Source of the DNA: Desulfobaccales bacterium | GTDB lineage: Bacteria; Desulfobacterota; Desulfobaccia; Desulfobaccales; 0-14-0-80-60-11 | Direction: 5' to 3' | DNA: 48,030 nucleotides | Assembly: GCA_041740935.1 (NCBI GenBank) | Contig: JBGSLA010000091.1 | Location: 1 to 48,030, forward strand | In this document: in pieces, positions 1 to 10,822 of the stretch | Layout: each line of letters opens with the position of its first letter | Numbering within the stretch: position 1 is the stretch's first letter | Program-made: the position numbers and the translations under genes | The notes under the pieces: model-generated | What the model was told of the DNA's origin: nothing | The model's input: only the letters and a program-made list of their open reading frames with translations | The model's database searches: none

Positions 1-132
1 TGCCCCCTCCCCCCAACCCCCTCCCGCCGAGGGGAGGGGGAATTTCCGGATGGAATCCAACTCGGTTTTAGAGGATTTTTTCCGGCCTCAGGGCCGCACA
101 CCGCCAACCTCCGTTATTGTGAAAAACTTCTC

Positions 133-162
133 TTGACAGGCCCCCTGCCGGAATGCTATTTT
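133..162 (+). promoter_or_regulatory. Putative sigma70 promoter of panCD
   Basis: TTGACA at 133-138, 18-nt spacer, TG-n-TATTTT extended -10 at 154-162, about 95 nt upstream of panC. Confidence 0.6.
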
Positions 163-167
163 TATCG

Positions 168-256
168 TAGGCAGAGCTTGGATCCGTACACAGGCGGACT
201 GAGACTCGGCGGGAGCGGCGACCCTCAACCCCGGCGGATCAGTCCGGGGTTTTTTT
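168..256 (+). promoter_or_regulatory. Structured 5' leader/attenuator of panCD (pan RNA motif-like)
   Basis: Terminator-like hairpin AACCCCGG(227-234)/CCGGGGTT(244-251) with a T7 run ending at the ATG; CGGACTGA(195-202) is complementary to TCAGTCCG(239-246), a possible antiterminator. Confidence 0.6.
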
Positions 257-1105
257 ATGGAAATTATCAGCGATCCCCGGGACATGCGGGCCGCTTCCCT
301 GGCCTGGCGGCGGCAGGGCCACAAAATCGCCCTGGTGCCCACCATGGGGTATTTCCACGAGGGCCACCTCTCCCTGATGCGCTATGGCCGGGAGCAGGGG
401 GACCGGCTGGTGGTGAGTCTGTTTGTCAACCCCACCCAGTTCGGGCCCACCGAAGACCTGGCCCGCTATCCCCGGGACCTGGAGCGGGATGCGGCCATGA
501 CCCGGGAGATTGGGGTGGACGTGCTCTACACCCCCACCGCGGCCGACATGTACCCGGAGGGCTATCAGACCTACGTCAGCGTGGAGGGCTTGAGTCAGGG
601 GCTGTGCGGCGCCTCCCGCCCGGGCCATTTCCGGGGGGTGGCCACCGTGGTCCTGAAATTGTTCAACCAGACGCTGCCTCACCTGGCCGTTTTCGGAGAG
701 AAGGACTATCAGCAGTTGGCCGTGATCAAGCGGATGGCGGCGGACCTGAATGTGCCGGTGGAGGTGGCGGGCCGGCCCATTGTCCGGGAAGCGGACGGCC
801 TGGCCATGAGTTCCCGGAACACCTATTTGAGCCCGGAGGAGCGCGGCGCGGCCCTGTGCCTGGTCCAGGCCCTGACCCGGGTTCGGAATCTGGCCGCGGC
901 CGGGGAAACCGGGGCTGAGAAAATTTTGGCGGAAGTGAAAGAGATTATCCTGGCCGCGCCTCACACCCACCTGGACTACGCGGTGCTGGTGGACCCCGAC
1001 ACATTGAAAGAGGTGGACGCCATCCGGGGTTCGGCCCGGCTGGCCCTGGCCGCCCGGGTGGGGAGCACCCGGCTCATCGACAATATGCTCATCGAGGTAT
1101 CCTGA
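257..1105 (+). CDS. panC: Pantoate--beta-alanine ligase
   Basis: VPTMGYFHEGH, FVNPTQF, RPGHFRGV, FGEKDYQQ, GLAMSSRN, RLIDN motifs. Confidence 0.98.
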   Translation: MEIISDPRDMRAASLAWRRQGHKIALVPTMGYFHEGHLSLMRYGREQGDRLVVSLFVNPTQFGPTEDLARYPRDLERDAAMTREIGVDVLYTPTAADMYPEGYQTYVSVEGLSQGLCGASRPGHFRGVATVVLKLFNQTLPHLAVFGEKDYQQLAVIKRMAADLNVPVEVAGRPIVREADGLAMSSRNTYLSPEERGAALCLVQALTRVRNLAAAGETGAEKILAEVKEIILAAPHTHLDYAVLVDPDTLKEVDAIRGSARLALAARVGSTRLIDNMLIEVS

Positions 1106-1106
1106 C

Positions 1107-1457
1107 ATGCAGCGCGTCATGCTGAAATCCAAAATCCACCGGGCCACCATTACGGAAGCCAACCTGGCCTACGAAGGCTCCCTCACCGTGGATGTCGATC
1201 TTTTGCGGGAAGCCGACATCCTGCCCTACGAGATGGTGCATATCTATAACATCAGCAACGGCGAGCGCTTCCAGACCTATGCCATCGAGGGGGAGGCGGG
1301 CAGCGGGGTCATGTGCCTAAACGGCGCCGCGGCCAGACGGGGTCAGGTGGGGGACCTGATCATCGTCACCACCTATTCCAGCTACGCCCCCGAGGAACTG
1401 AACCGCCATAAACCCAAAATCGTCATGGTGGACGGCCGCAACCGCCTCAAAAAATAA
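1107..1457 (+). CDS. panD: Aspartate 1-decarboxylase
   Basis: MLKSKIHRAT, YEGS autocleavage site, NGERFQTY, LNGAAAR. Confidence 0.98.
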   Translation: MQRVMLKSKIHRATITEANLAYEGSLTVDVDLLREADILPYEMVHIYNISNGERFQTYAIEGEAGSGVMCLNGAAARRGQVGDLIIVTTYSSYAPEELNRHKPKIVMVDGRNRLKK

Positions 1458-1554
1458 TTCCTGCCATCGCCTGCTGGGGTGGAAAGGGGCCGGGGAACGT
1501 TGGCTGCCGGCTCCTTTATCTGACCATCCCACCCTGGCCCCACAGCTCTTCCGC

Positions 1555-2110
1555 CGGTTACAGAAAGCTTTCGCAGACACCGCCCACTCAAACCTGGTGG
1601 CACAGGTTTTCAACCTGTGCCCTTGCACAGGCGAGACGCCTGTGCTACTAATCTCGAGTTTGTGGTTTTTTGACAAAGATTTTGCTTGCAACATGTTAAT
1701 CTTATTAAGAAATCATTCAATTTTATCAGTCTGGTTCCGGCCTTTAGGCCGGGATGTGCCACCAGGCTTTTCATGGTTTGGTAAATACCGGGGCTCATGA
1801 GTAACTGTCCTGAAAAGTTTTTGTGTGGGGGAAGGGGGTTCCCACGGGCAGGATGCCCGTGCCGGGATCGCAGACCCCTGCCCCCTGCCCCGCACCCCCT
1901 CTCCCAACCCCGTGATTCGGGAGCACAGGCAAGATGCCTGCGCTCCCGGGTCATTCCTCTCACGTAGGACCGCAATTCATTGCGCCCACCAAGGGTTCGA
2001 TGAATCGAACCCCTGCATGGTGTTGGGAGGGGAGCCTGGGGGGAAGGGCTGGGGAGCCACCGCTCCTCCGGCTCTCCCCCCAGAGATAAGAAATAACCAG
2101 GCTCATGAGA
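1555..2110 (+). mobile_element. Tandem CTG-cassette repeat locus with REP-like cargo (junction 1768-1820)
   Basis: TTTTCATG...GGCTCATGA-GTAACTG-TCCTGAAAAGT junction; second GGCTCATGAG at 2101; outer boundaries are degenerate and approximate. Confidence 0.6.
1596..1767 (+). repeat. ~170-bp dispersed repeat, copy 1 (copy 2 at 37662-37834)
   Basis: Near-identical direct repeat including ATCTCGAGTTTGTGG...CAAAGATTTTGCTTGCAACATGTTAATCTTATTAAGAAATCATTCAATTTT...GGTTCCGGCCTTTAGGCCGGGATGTGC. Confidence 0.95.
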
Positions 2111-2204
2111 AATTTACTTGAATTTTAGAAACGAATTTAGGATATTTTATAAGTTTAAGCACAGGCTGATTTTCTGCCTGATTTACCGGTAAAGGAGTTG
2201 GAGG

Positions 2205-3395
2205 ATGGCTTCATCCGAATTTCTGTTTACATCTGAGTCGGTCACCGAAGGGCATCCCGACAAGGTGGCGGATCAGATTTCCGACGCCATTTTGGACGCA
2301 ATCATCGGGCAGGACAGATTTGCCCGGGTGGCCTGTGAAACCCTGGTCACCACCGGAATGGCGCTGATCGCCGGGGAGATCACCACCACCGCCCGGGTGG
2401 ACATACCTGATATCGTGCGCCACACCATCAAGGAGATCGGCTATAGCGATTCCTCCATGGGTTTTGATTGGAAAACCTGCGCGGTGCTGGCTTCCCTCGA
2501 CCGCCAGTCCCCGGATATCGCCCAGGGGGTGGAGGGCCGGGGTCTGACGCCGGAGCAGGGGGCCGGCGACCAGGGGCTGATGTTCGGCTATGCCTCTGAT
2601 TCCACGGAAAATTTCATGCCCATGCCCATCTGGTACGCCCACCGCCTGGCCGAACGTCTGGCCAAGGTGCGCAAGGACAAGACCCTGCCCTTTCTGCGTC
2701 CGGACGGCAAGACCCAGGTGACCGTGCGCTATGAAGACTATATTCCCAAGGATATCCATACCATAGTCATCGCGGCGCAGCACGAGCCTGACGTTCAGTA
2801 CCAGGACCTCAAGGAAGCCATTGTGGAGGAGGTCATCAAAAAGACCATCCCGGCTCAATTACTCAACAACACCAAGTACCTGGTCAATACCACCGGAAAA
2901 TTTGTGGTGGGCGGCCCCCTGGCCGACTGCGGCATGACCGGCCGCAAAATCATCGTGGATACCTACGGCGGCCGGGGCTACCACGGCGGCGGGGCCTTCT
3001 CGGGCAAGGACCCCACCAAGGTGGACCGCACCACGTCCTACATGCTGCGGCACGTGGCCAAGAACGTGGTGGCGGCCGGGCTGGCCCGGCGCTGCGAGGT
3101 CCAGGTGGCCTACTCCATCGGCCTACCGGACCCCCTGTCCATCATGATTTATACCTACGGTACCAATAATATCCCGGATGACCGCATCCTGGAGATCATC
3201 AAAGAAACCTTCAGCTTCAAACCCGCGGCCATGATCCAGTATCTGGACATGCAGCGCCCCATATTCAAAAAAACTGCGGCTTACGGTCACTTCGGGCGCA
3301 CCGACCCGGACTTTACCTGGGAATACACCAATAAAGTGGAAATCCTGCGGGAAAAGGCAGGGCTGAACCCCGTCTGCCCGGTATGCGAAAAGTAA
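2205..3395 (+). CDS. metK: S-adenosylmethionine synthetase
   Basis: [45 protein letters not shown]; GGAG RBS. Confidence 0.99.
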   Translation: MASSEFLFTSESVTEGHPDKVADQISDAILDAIIGQDRFARVACETLVTTGMALIAGEITTTARVDIPDIVRHTIKEIGYSDSSMGFDWKTCAVLASLDRQSPDIAQGVEGRGLTPEQGAGDQGLMFGYASDSTENFMPMPIWYAHRLAERLAKVRKDKTLPFLRPDGKTQVTVRYEDYIPKDIHTIVIAAQHEPDVQYQDLKEAIVEEVIKKTIPAQLLNNTKYLVNTTGKFVVGGPLADCGMTGRKIIVDTYGGRGYHGGGAFSGKDPTKVDRTTSYMLRHVAKNVVAAGLARRCEVQVAYSIGLPDPLSIMIYTYGTNNIPDDRILEIIKETFSFKPAAMIQYLDMQRPIFKKTAAYGHFGRTDPDFTWEYTNKVEILREKAGLNPVCPVCEK

Positions 3396-4670
<1,275 letters not shown>

Positions 4671-4707
4671 GATCGATTTTTTTCACCCAAGCAGGTAGGG
4701 ATTTCCC

Positions 4708-6129
4708 ATGATCAACATAAAATTCGGCACCTCCGGCTGGCGGGGGATTCTGGCGGAGGATTTCACCTTTGCCAATGCCCGTCTGGTCTGCCAGGCCATT
4801 GCCGACTATCTCAAGCAGGAAGGCCTGGCCGACAAAGGGGTGATCGTGGCCTATGACACCCGCTTTCTGTCGGAGACCTTTGCGGCCACCGCGGCGGAAG
4901 TCATGGCCGGCAACGGCATCCCGGCCTTTTACACCATCCGGGACACCCCCACTCCGGTGGTGAGCTTTGCCATCCGGAAGGCCCTGCGGGGCGGCGGCAT
5001 CAACATCACCGCCAGCCACAACCCGGCGGAGTGGAATGGCATAAAATTTTCTCCCGCCCAGGGGGGCCCCGCTCCCACCCCGGTTACGGCCGCCATCGAG
5101 GGGTTCATCCGGGAAATATCCCCGGCCGACGTCAAAAGCATCCCTTTTGCCGAAGCCCGGGACCGGGGTCTGGTCGCCGATATTGATCCCCGGGGGAGCT
5201 ATTTCGATCATCTGCGCAAGCTGGTGGACGTCAAAACCCTGGGGCAGTCCGGCCTCAAAGTGGCGGTGGACGTCATGTTCGGCACCGGCCGGGATTACCT
5301 CGACGCCTTTCTCCGGGAGGCCGGGGTGGAGGTCGAGGTGCTGCATGGCTACCGGGACCCCCTGTTCGGGGGGCAGCGCCCCGAGCCCAGCGGCGAGTAT
5401 CTGAACCCCCTGGCCGAGCGCATCCGGGAAACCGGGGCGCATCTCGGTCTGGCGGTGGACGCCGACGCCGACCGCTTCGGGGTCATGGACGGCCAGGGCC
5501 GCTACCATGAAGCCAACATGATCCTGGGGTTGTTGTTCGACCATCTCATCAAGACCCGGGGCTGGGAAGGCGGCGTGGCCCGCAGCGTGGCCACCAGCCA
5601 TCTGGTGGACAAAGTGGCCGCGGCCTACGGGCGGCCTGTGTTTGAGACCAAAGTGGGCTTCAAGTTCCTGGGCGAGTACATCCTCTCTGAACAGGCCCTG
5701 ATGGTTGGGGAAGAAAGCGAAGGCTTTTCCATGCGGGGGCACCTGCCGGAAAAGGACGGCATCCTGGCCTGCCTGCTGGTGGCCGAGATGGTGGCCAAAA
5801 CCGGGAAGGGCATCCCGGCGCTCCTGGACGACCTGTTTGCCCGGGTGGGGCCGGTGCACACCCAGCGCCTCAACCTGAGCCTGACCCCCGAAGTCAAGGT
5901 GCGCCTGTTGGAGCGTCTGCAGACCACTCCCGACCGGTTTGCCGGCCTCAAGGTGGTGGGGCACGTCACCATTGACGGCCACAAGTATCTCCTGGAAAAC
6001 GGCAGTTGGGTGTGCTTCCGGCCCTCGGGCACCGAGCCTGTGGTGCGCTTTTATCTGGAGGCCTCCACCGAGGCAGAACTGGAGAAGCTGCGCCTGGCCG
6101 GCGGCGCCCTGTTGAGGGAATTATTGTAG
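4708..6129 (+). CDS. Phosphoglucomutase/phosphomannomutase family protein
   Basis: FGTSGWRG, TASHNP catalytic Ser, DADADR metal loop, GEES, RPSGTEP. Confidence 0.95.
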   Translation: MINIKFGTSGWRGILAEDFTFANARLVCQAIADYLKQEGLADKGVIVAYDTRFLSETFAATAAEVMAGNGIPAFYTIRDTPTPVVSFAIRKALRGGGINITASHNPAEWNGIKFSPAQGGPAPTPVTAAIEGFIREISPADVKSIPFAEARDRGLVADIDPRGSYFDHLRKLVDVKTLGQSGLKVAVDVMFGTGRDYLDAFLREAGVEVEVLHGYRDPLFGGQRPEPSGEYLNPLAERIRETGAHLGLAVDADADRFGVMDGQGRYHEANMILGLLFDHLIKTRGWEGGVARSVATSHLVDKVAAAYGRPVFETKVGFKFLGEYILSEQALMVGEESEGFSMRGHLPEKDGILACLLVAEMVAKTGKGIPALLDDLFARVGPVHTQRLNLSLTPEVKVRLLERLQTTPDRFAGLKVVGHVTIDGHKYLLENGSWVCFRPSGTEPVVRFYLEASTEAELEKLRLAGGALLRELL

Positions 6130-6136
6130 AAAATTT

Positions 6137-6766
6137 ATGAATTTTGCCTCGCTCCTCGAAATGAGCCTCATGGCGGTGGTGCTGGTATTTTCGGTCATCG
6201 TCCATGAAGTGGCCCACGGGTATGTGGCCTGGCTGAACGGCGATCCCACCGCCCGCCTGGCCGGCCGCATCACCCTCAATCCCCTCCCCCATATCGACCC
6301 CATCGGCACCATCCTTCTGCCCCTGCTGCTTCTGGTGACCCATGCCGGGATCATCTTCGGCTGGGCCAAACCGGTGCCGGTGAATCCCTCCTATTTCCGC
6401 AACATCCGCTGGGGGGAGGTCACCTGCAGCTTTGCCGGCCCTGCCAGCAACCTGATTTTGGCGGCGATCTTTGCCTATGTCCTGCGCCTCAACCTGGGGG
6501 GGCCGGGTCTGGTCCTGTTGGCCTACTATGGCTGCACCATCAACATCTTTCTGGCCCTGTTTAACCTGATTCCCATCCCGCCCCTGGACGGCTCCCACCT
6601 GGTGGCCGCGTTTCTCCCCTATCGTCTGCTGCAGTATTACCGGTATCTGGAACCCTTCGGCTTTGTCATCATCATTCTCCTGTTTTACACGGGTCTCATG
6701 GGCATCATCCTCATGCCCATTTATCGCCAGATAGCCGCCTTGCTCCAGGTGCCCGTGGTGTTCTGA
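6137..6766 (+). CDS. Site-2 protease (M50 family membrane zinc metalloprotease)
   Basis: HEVAH, AGPASN, FNLIPIPPLDG; hydrophobic helices. Confidence 0.95.
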   Translation: MNFASLLEMSLMAVVLVFSVIVHEVAHGYVAWLNGDPTARLAGRITLNPLPHIDPIGTILLPLLLLVTHAGIIFGWAKPVPVNPSYFRNIRWGEVTCSFAGPASNLILAAIFAYVLRLNLGGPGLVLLAYYGCTINIFLALFNLIPIPPLDGSHLVAAFLPYRLLQYYRYLEPFGFVIIILLFYTGLMGIILMPIYRQIAALLQVPVVF

Positions 6767-6938
6767 AAAGCTTCAGACCCAAGTCAGCCGCTTTCCCCGC
6801 AATTGCGTCTTTTCCCCCACTGCCGGAATATGTTATGTTGTGAGGTGTGATACGAGTTTCTCATTGAAATGAGCCACATGAAACGCATAGCATAGTGATT
6901 TCCCTATTTTTTTCCGAAAACCGAAAAACGACCGCCAT

Positions 6939-8714
6939 ATGAAGTGGAAGAACAAAGTCGGGCCTAAGCTCCTGGGGGTCAATCTGCTGTCTCTGTTGGT
7001 GGCTTTGGTGGGACTTTTGCTTCTCATGCAGTTTTTGGCCACCCGCCTGATTTTGGAATGGCACCGCCAAAGGGTGGAGTTGGTGGCCCGCCTGGTCCTG
7101 GCGGAATACCGGGGCAAGCTTCAGCAGGTGGTCCAGGCCGCGTCGCTTCTGGCCGGCAATCTCACTTATGGGGAGCTTCTGGCCGCGGGGGACATGAATA
7201 CCCTGAGGGCCTTGATTACCCCCTTGCTCAAGGCCACCGGCCTTCAGGTCCTGACCATCACGGACCAAAACGGCGTGATCCAGGCGCGCCTCCACGAACC
7301 GGGGGGTATTGGGGTCAATATCAGCGTCAACCCGGTGGTGCGGGCCGGACTGGCTGGCAAGCCCGCCAGCCAGATGACCCAGTGGCAGGACAGCATTTCC
7401 CTGAGCGCCGCGGCCCCCCTGTTCCAGCAGGATCGCCTGGTGGGGGTGGTTCTGGCGGGTGTGCTCATCGACAAGAGCTTTGTGGATTCCCTGTCGCCGC
7501 CGGGGGTGGAAGTTGCCATCTTTTTCGGCAACCGCCTGGTGGTCAACTCCTTCAAAGACCTGCCCAAACCGGCCATGGCCGATCTGATGCAGGCGGTGGA
7601 GGCGGCGGGGCGCAGCGACGCCGGCAACGACGGAGTTCAGCGGCTCCACCTGGGAAATCAGGACTACACCGTCACCTATCTGCCCCTGGGGGAAAAGGAC
7701 AAACCCTGGGAAAATCTCATTTTGGTGGGGTTAAACCGGCGGGAGTTGGACCAGACCCTCACCACCTTAAAATTGATTATTTTCGGGGTGGGCCTGGCCG
7801 CTGCCCTGGTGGGGGCCTTTCTCAGCGTCTGGCTGTCCACGGGCATGCGCCGCCAGATCGCCTTCCTCACCGAGGGCACCCGCCAGGCGGCCAGGGAAGA
7901 GCTGGCCGGGGATATCCCGGTGACCAGTCAGGATGAGCTGGGCGAGCTGGCCGAGTCCTTCAACGCCATGACCCAGGCCTTGCGGGAAAAAACCCGGCAG
8001 CTGCAGGCGGAGCGGGATCGCATCGCGGCCAACGCCGACTTTTTGTCCATGATCGTCCACGACATCAAGGCCCCTCTGACCGGATTGCGGCTTTCGGTGG
8101 AGGCCCTGGAAGACATGACCCTGCCGCCCGCCACCCATCAAAAGCTCAAGGGCATTATCCAGCGGAGTGAGGGCTTGCTCCTGCATCTGCACAATGTCCT
8201 GTATCTCAGCCGGTTCGAGTCGGGACTCCTGGCCCTGCGGCCCGAGGCGGTGCCGCCGGCCTTCCTGGTCCGGCGGCTGCTGCACCATTTCAGCCCCTTG
8301 GCCCAACATCAGGAAGTGGCCATGACCTCGGCCCTCAGTCCGGATTTGCCCCCCGTCCGGGTGGATGAGCCCTCCCTGGAGCGGGTGCTGGCCAACCTCC
8401 TGGTGAACGCCCTGGAGGCCACGCCCCCCGGTGGGGCCATTACCGTTAAGGGCGGCCTCCTGGCAGGCGGCGGCCACCCGGAGGTGGAGCTGGTGGTGGC
8501 CGACACCGGCCCGGGCATCTCCCCGGAAGATCAGCAGGCCCTTTTTGAGAAATACCGGCAGCGCTCCCACCAGGCCAACGGCTCGGGACTGGGGCTCTAT
8601 ATCTGCAAAACCCTGATGGAGGCCAACGGCGGGCGCATCTGGGTGGAAAGCGCTCCCGGCCAGGGCGCCCGGTTCCACCTGGCCCTGCCCATTGCCGCGG
8701 GGGAAAACGGTTGA
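6939..8714 (+). CDS. Membrane sensor histidine kinase (Cache-like, HAMP, HisKA, HATPase)
   Basis: Two TM segments, DELGELAESFNAM HAMP, HDIKAPL H-box, NLLVNA, DTGPGI, GSGLGL. Confidence 0.95.
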   Translation: MKWKNKVGPKLLGVNLLSLLVALVGLLLLMQFLATRLILEWHRQRVELVARLVLAEYRGKLQQVVQAASLLAGNLTYGELLAAGDMNTLRALITPLLKATGLQVLTITDQNGVIQARLHEPGGIGVNISVNPVVRAGLAGKPASQMTQWQDSISLSAAAPLFQQDRLVGVVLAGVLIDKSFVDSLSPPGVEVAIFFGNRLVVNSFKDLPKPAMADLMQAVEAAGRSDAGNDGVQRLHLGNQDYTVTYLPLGEKDKPWENLILVGLNRRELDQTLTTLKLIIFGVGLAAALVGAFLSVWLSTGMRRQIAFLTEGTRQAAREELAGDIPVTSQDELGELAESFNAMTQALREKTRQLQAERDRIAANADFLSMIVHDIKAPLTGLRLSVEALEDMTLPPATHQKLKGIIQRSEGLLLHLHNVLYLSRFESGLLALRPEAVPPAFLVRRLLHHFSPLAQHQEVAMTSALSPDLPPVRVDEPSLERVLANLLVNALEATPPGGAITVKGGLLAGGGHPEVELVVADTGPGISPEDQQALFEKYRQRSHQANGSGLGLYICKTLMEANGGRIWVESAPGQGARFHLALPIAAGENG

Positions 8715-8729
8715 GGCTGGTTTTTTTGA

Positions 8730-8946
8730 CTGTCCTGAAAAGGTTCCTCTTATTCTGGTTCCCAAGCTCCGCTTGGGAACCCACTTGCCCGCCAAGCTCT
8801 GCTTGGCCCCGCCTTGCCAGCCCCCAATAAAGGGGGTTGGGAGGGGGGCCTGGGGGTGGGGGGTGGGGGAGCCACTTCCCCTTAGCCCTCCCCCCAGAAG
8901 GACTTTTCATGCTTTGCGGGTGGGCCAAAGGCCCATGAGGAGCTGT
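8730..8946 (+). mobile_element. Single CTG-cassette with palindromic cargo
   Basis: CTG-TCCTGAAAAGG left end; cargo GGTTCCCAAGCTCCGCTTGGGAACC plus a G/C-run palindrome; right end TTTTCATGCTTTGCGGGTGGGCCAAAGGCCCATGA-GGAG-CTG. Confidence 0.7.
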
Positions 8947-8969
8947 TGCTGTCAATTTAAAGGCGGACC

Positions 8970-9341
8970 ATGAACCCCTGGATTCTAGTCATCGATGACG
9001 ACCCCGGCACCCGGGAAGCCCTGGCCGAGATTCTCGGCCGGGCGGGATACCGCGCGGCCGCCTGGGCTGATGATGCACCCCTCGGGGACCCGCCTCTCGA
9101 TCACCCCTACCGGGTGGCGGTGGTGGATTACCACCTGCCTGCCGGCAATGGGCTGGAGGTGGCCGCCCGCCTCAAGGGCCTTCAACCCGACTGCCGCATC
9201 ATCCTGACCTCCTCCGAACTCCCGGCCGCGGCCGGGCTGTCCGCCGCCGAAGGGGTGGTGGATCGGTTCCTGGCCAAGCCCTTTGCCAAAGATGTTCTCC
9301 TGGAGGTGGTGGCCCGGTTGTGTCACCCCGAGACCCCTTGA
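8970..9341 (+). CDS. Single-domain response regulator (receiver)
   Basis: ILVIDDD, VVDYHLP phospho-Asp, LTS, FLAKPF. Confidence 0.9.
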   Translation: MNPWILVIDDDPGTREALAEILGRAGYRAAAWADDAPLGDPPLDHPYRVAVVDYHLPAGNGLEVAARLKGLQPDCRIILTSSELPAAAGLSAAEGVVDRFLAKPFAKDVLLEVVARLCHPETP

Positions 9342-10822
9342 GTCCGCCCCGCTTCGCCCCGGCCGACCCCGGCCGGCTGCCCTCGGACATCCGCCGCTAT
9401 GCCCTGGAAGAAGGGCTTTTCGCGCCGGGGGGGCGGGTCCTGGCCGCGGTTTCCGGCGGGCCCGACTCCGTGGCTATGCTGCATTTGCTCCACCGCCTGG
9501 GGCCTGAATGGGGCCTTACCCTGGGGGTGGCCCATTTCGATCATGGGCTCAGGGGGGAGGCCTCCAGGGGGGAGGCCCGCTTTGTGGCCGAACTGGCCCA
9601 AACCCTGGGGCTGCCTTTTTATGGCGGCGAAGGGGACGTCCGCCGGGCGGCCCGGACATACAAGGTTTCCCTGCAGATGGCCGCCCGGCGGCTGCGTCTG
9701 GATTTTCTCCTAAAGGTGCGGCAGGAACAGAGCTACCACCGGCTGGCCCTGGGGCACACCGCGGACGACCAGGTGGAGCTTTTTTTTCTGCGCCTTTTGA
9801 GGGGGGCCGGCGCCGAGGGACTGAAGGGCATGTGGCCCCGCACCCCCGAAGGCCTGGTGCGGCCGCTTCTGGCCGTGGCCAAGGACGCGGTGCTGGCCTG
9901 GCTCCGCCACGAAGACCTCGCTTATCGGGAAGACCAAAGCAACCTGAGCCGCCGCTACCTGCGCAACCGGGTGCGCCTGGAGCTGGTGCCCGGCCTGCAG
10001 CGGGACTTTAACCCCCGAATCAAAGACGCCGTCTGGCGGCTCATGGCCCTCCTCCAGGAGGATGAGGCCTTCCTCAACCAGGCTGCGGCTGAGGCCTGGG
10101 GCGCGGTGGGGCGCTTTATCACCCCGCACTGCGCCGCCCTAACCATTCCCGCCTGGCTGGCCCTGCCCCCGGCCCTCAGGACGCGCCTGGTGCGCCGCAC
10201 CCTGGGCCGCTTTCTGGCCCATCAGGAAATCACCTCGTCCCAAGTTAGCAGTTTGTTGGCCCTGGCCCAGGGGCAAAGAAGCGGCGGCGTGATTGACTTT
10301 GGGACCTGCCGGGTGGCCCGGGCCGGGGCGGAGCTGCATTTTTTCCCCCCTCTGCCGCCTGCCCCGGAGGCGTCTGCCACCCTGCTGCCGGGAACTGGAG
10401 CGGTGGAGTCCCCGGCCGGCTGGCGTCTCGAGGCGGGAAGCCTCGCCGGGCCCCTTCCGGGGCCGGGGCCGGATTTCCCCCATATTGTCCGGGTGGATCA
10501 GGACAAAACCGCCTTTCCCCTGATGCTGCGCGGTGTGCAGCCGGGGGACCGCTTCCGGCCGACCGGGGGGAAGGGGGCCAAAAAAATGCAGGATTTTCTG
10601 GTGGACGCCAAAATCCCCCGGTGGCTTAGGCCGCACCTGCCCCTGGTGGCCGACCGCCAGGGCCTTATCTGGGTCCCCGGCCTGCGCCTGGCTGAGGCGG
10701 TCACACCCACGCCCCGGACCGTCAGGGTATTGGAACTTGCCATCTCCCCGATCGACGCCGGCGCCGCCAAGGTTTGGGAATTTCTCCTGGCCATAACCGG
10801 CCAAGCCCCCCATCCGGCATGA
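9320..10822 (+). CDS. tilS: tRNA(Ile)-lysidine synthetase
   Basis: AVSGGPDS PP-loop, HFDHGLR, GHTADDQ, RNRVR, C-terminal GDRF...KKMQDFLVDAKIP. Confidence 0.96.
   Translation: MSPRDPLSPPRFAPADPGRLPSDIRRYALEEGLFAPGGRVLAAVSGGPDSVAMLHLLHRLGPEWGLTLGVAHFDHGLRGEASRGEARFVAELAQTLGLPFYGGEGDVRRAARTYKVSLQMAARRLRLDFLLKVRQEQSYHRLALGHTADDQVELFFLRLLRGAGAEGLKGMWPRTPEGLVRPLLAVAKDAVLAWLRHEDLAYREDQSNLSRRYLRNRVRLELVPGLQRDFNPRIKDAVWRLMALLQEDEAFLNQAAAEAWGAVGRFITPHCAALTIPAWLALPPALRTRLVRRTLGRFLAHQEITSSQVSSLLALAQGQRSGGVIDFGTCRVARAGAELHFFPPLPPAPEASATLLPGTGAVESPAGWRLEAGSLAGPLPGPGPDFPHIVRVDQDKTAFPLMLRGVQPGDRFRPTGGKGAKKMQDFLVDAKIPRWLRPHLPLVADRQGLIWVPGLRLAEAVTPTPRTVRVLELAISPIDAGAAKVWEFLLAITGQAPHPA

Noticed and set aside
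117-134. Rex-like operator TTGTGAA half-sites (also near 35598)
   Set aside because: The second half-site does not match TTCACAA
1597-2121. Short ORFs in repeat-filled spacers (also 12146-12697, 14807-15414, 37437-38041, 39856-40198)
   Set aside because: Translations of palindromic repeats; shared peptides between loci simply reflect the DNA repeat
2110-2204. SAM/SAH riboswitch or SahR operator upstream of metK-ahcY
   Set aside because: No recognisable aptamer consensus or clean operator palindrome; only an AT-rich promoter-like stretch
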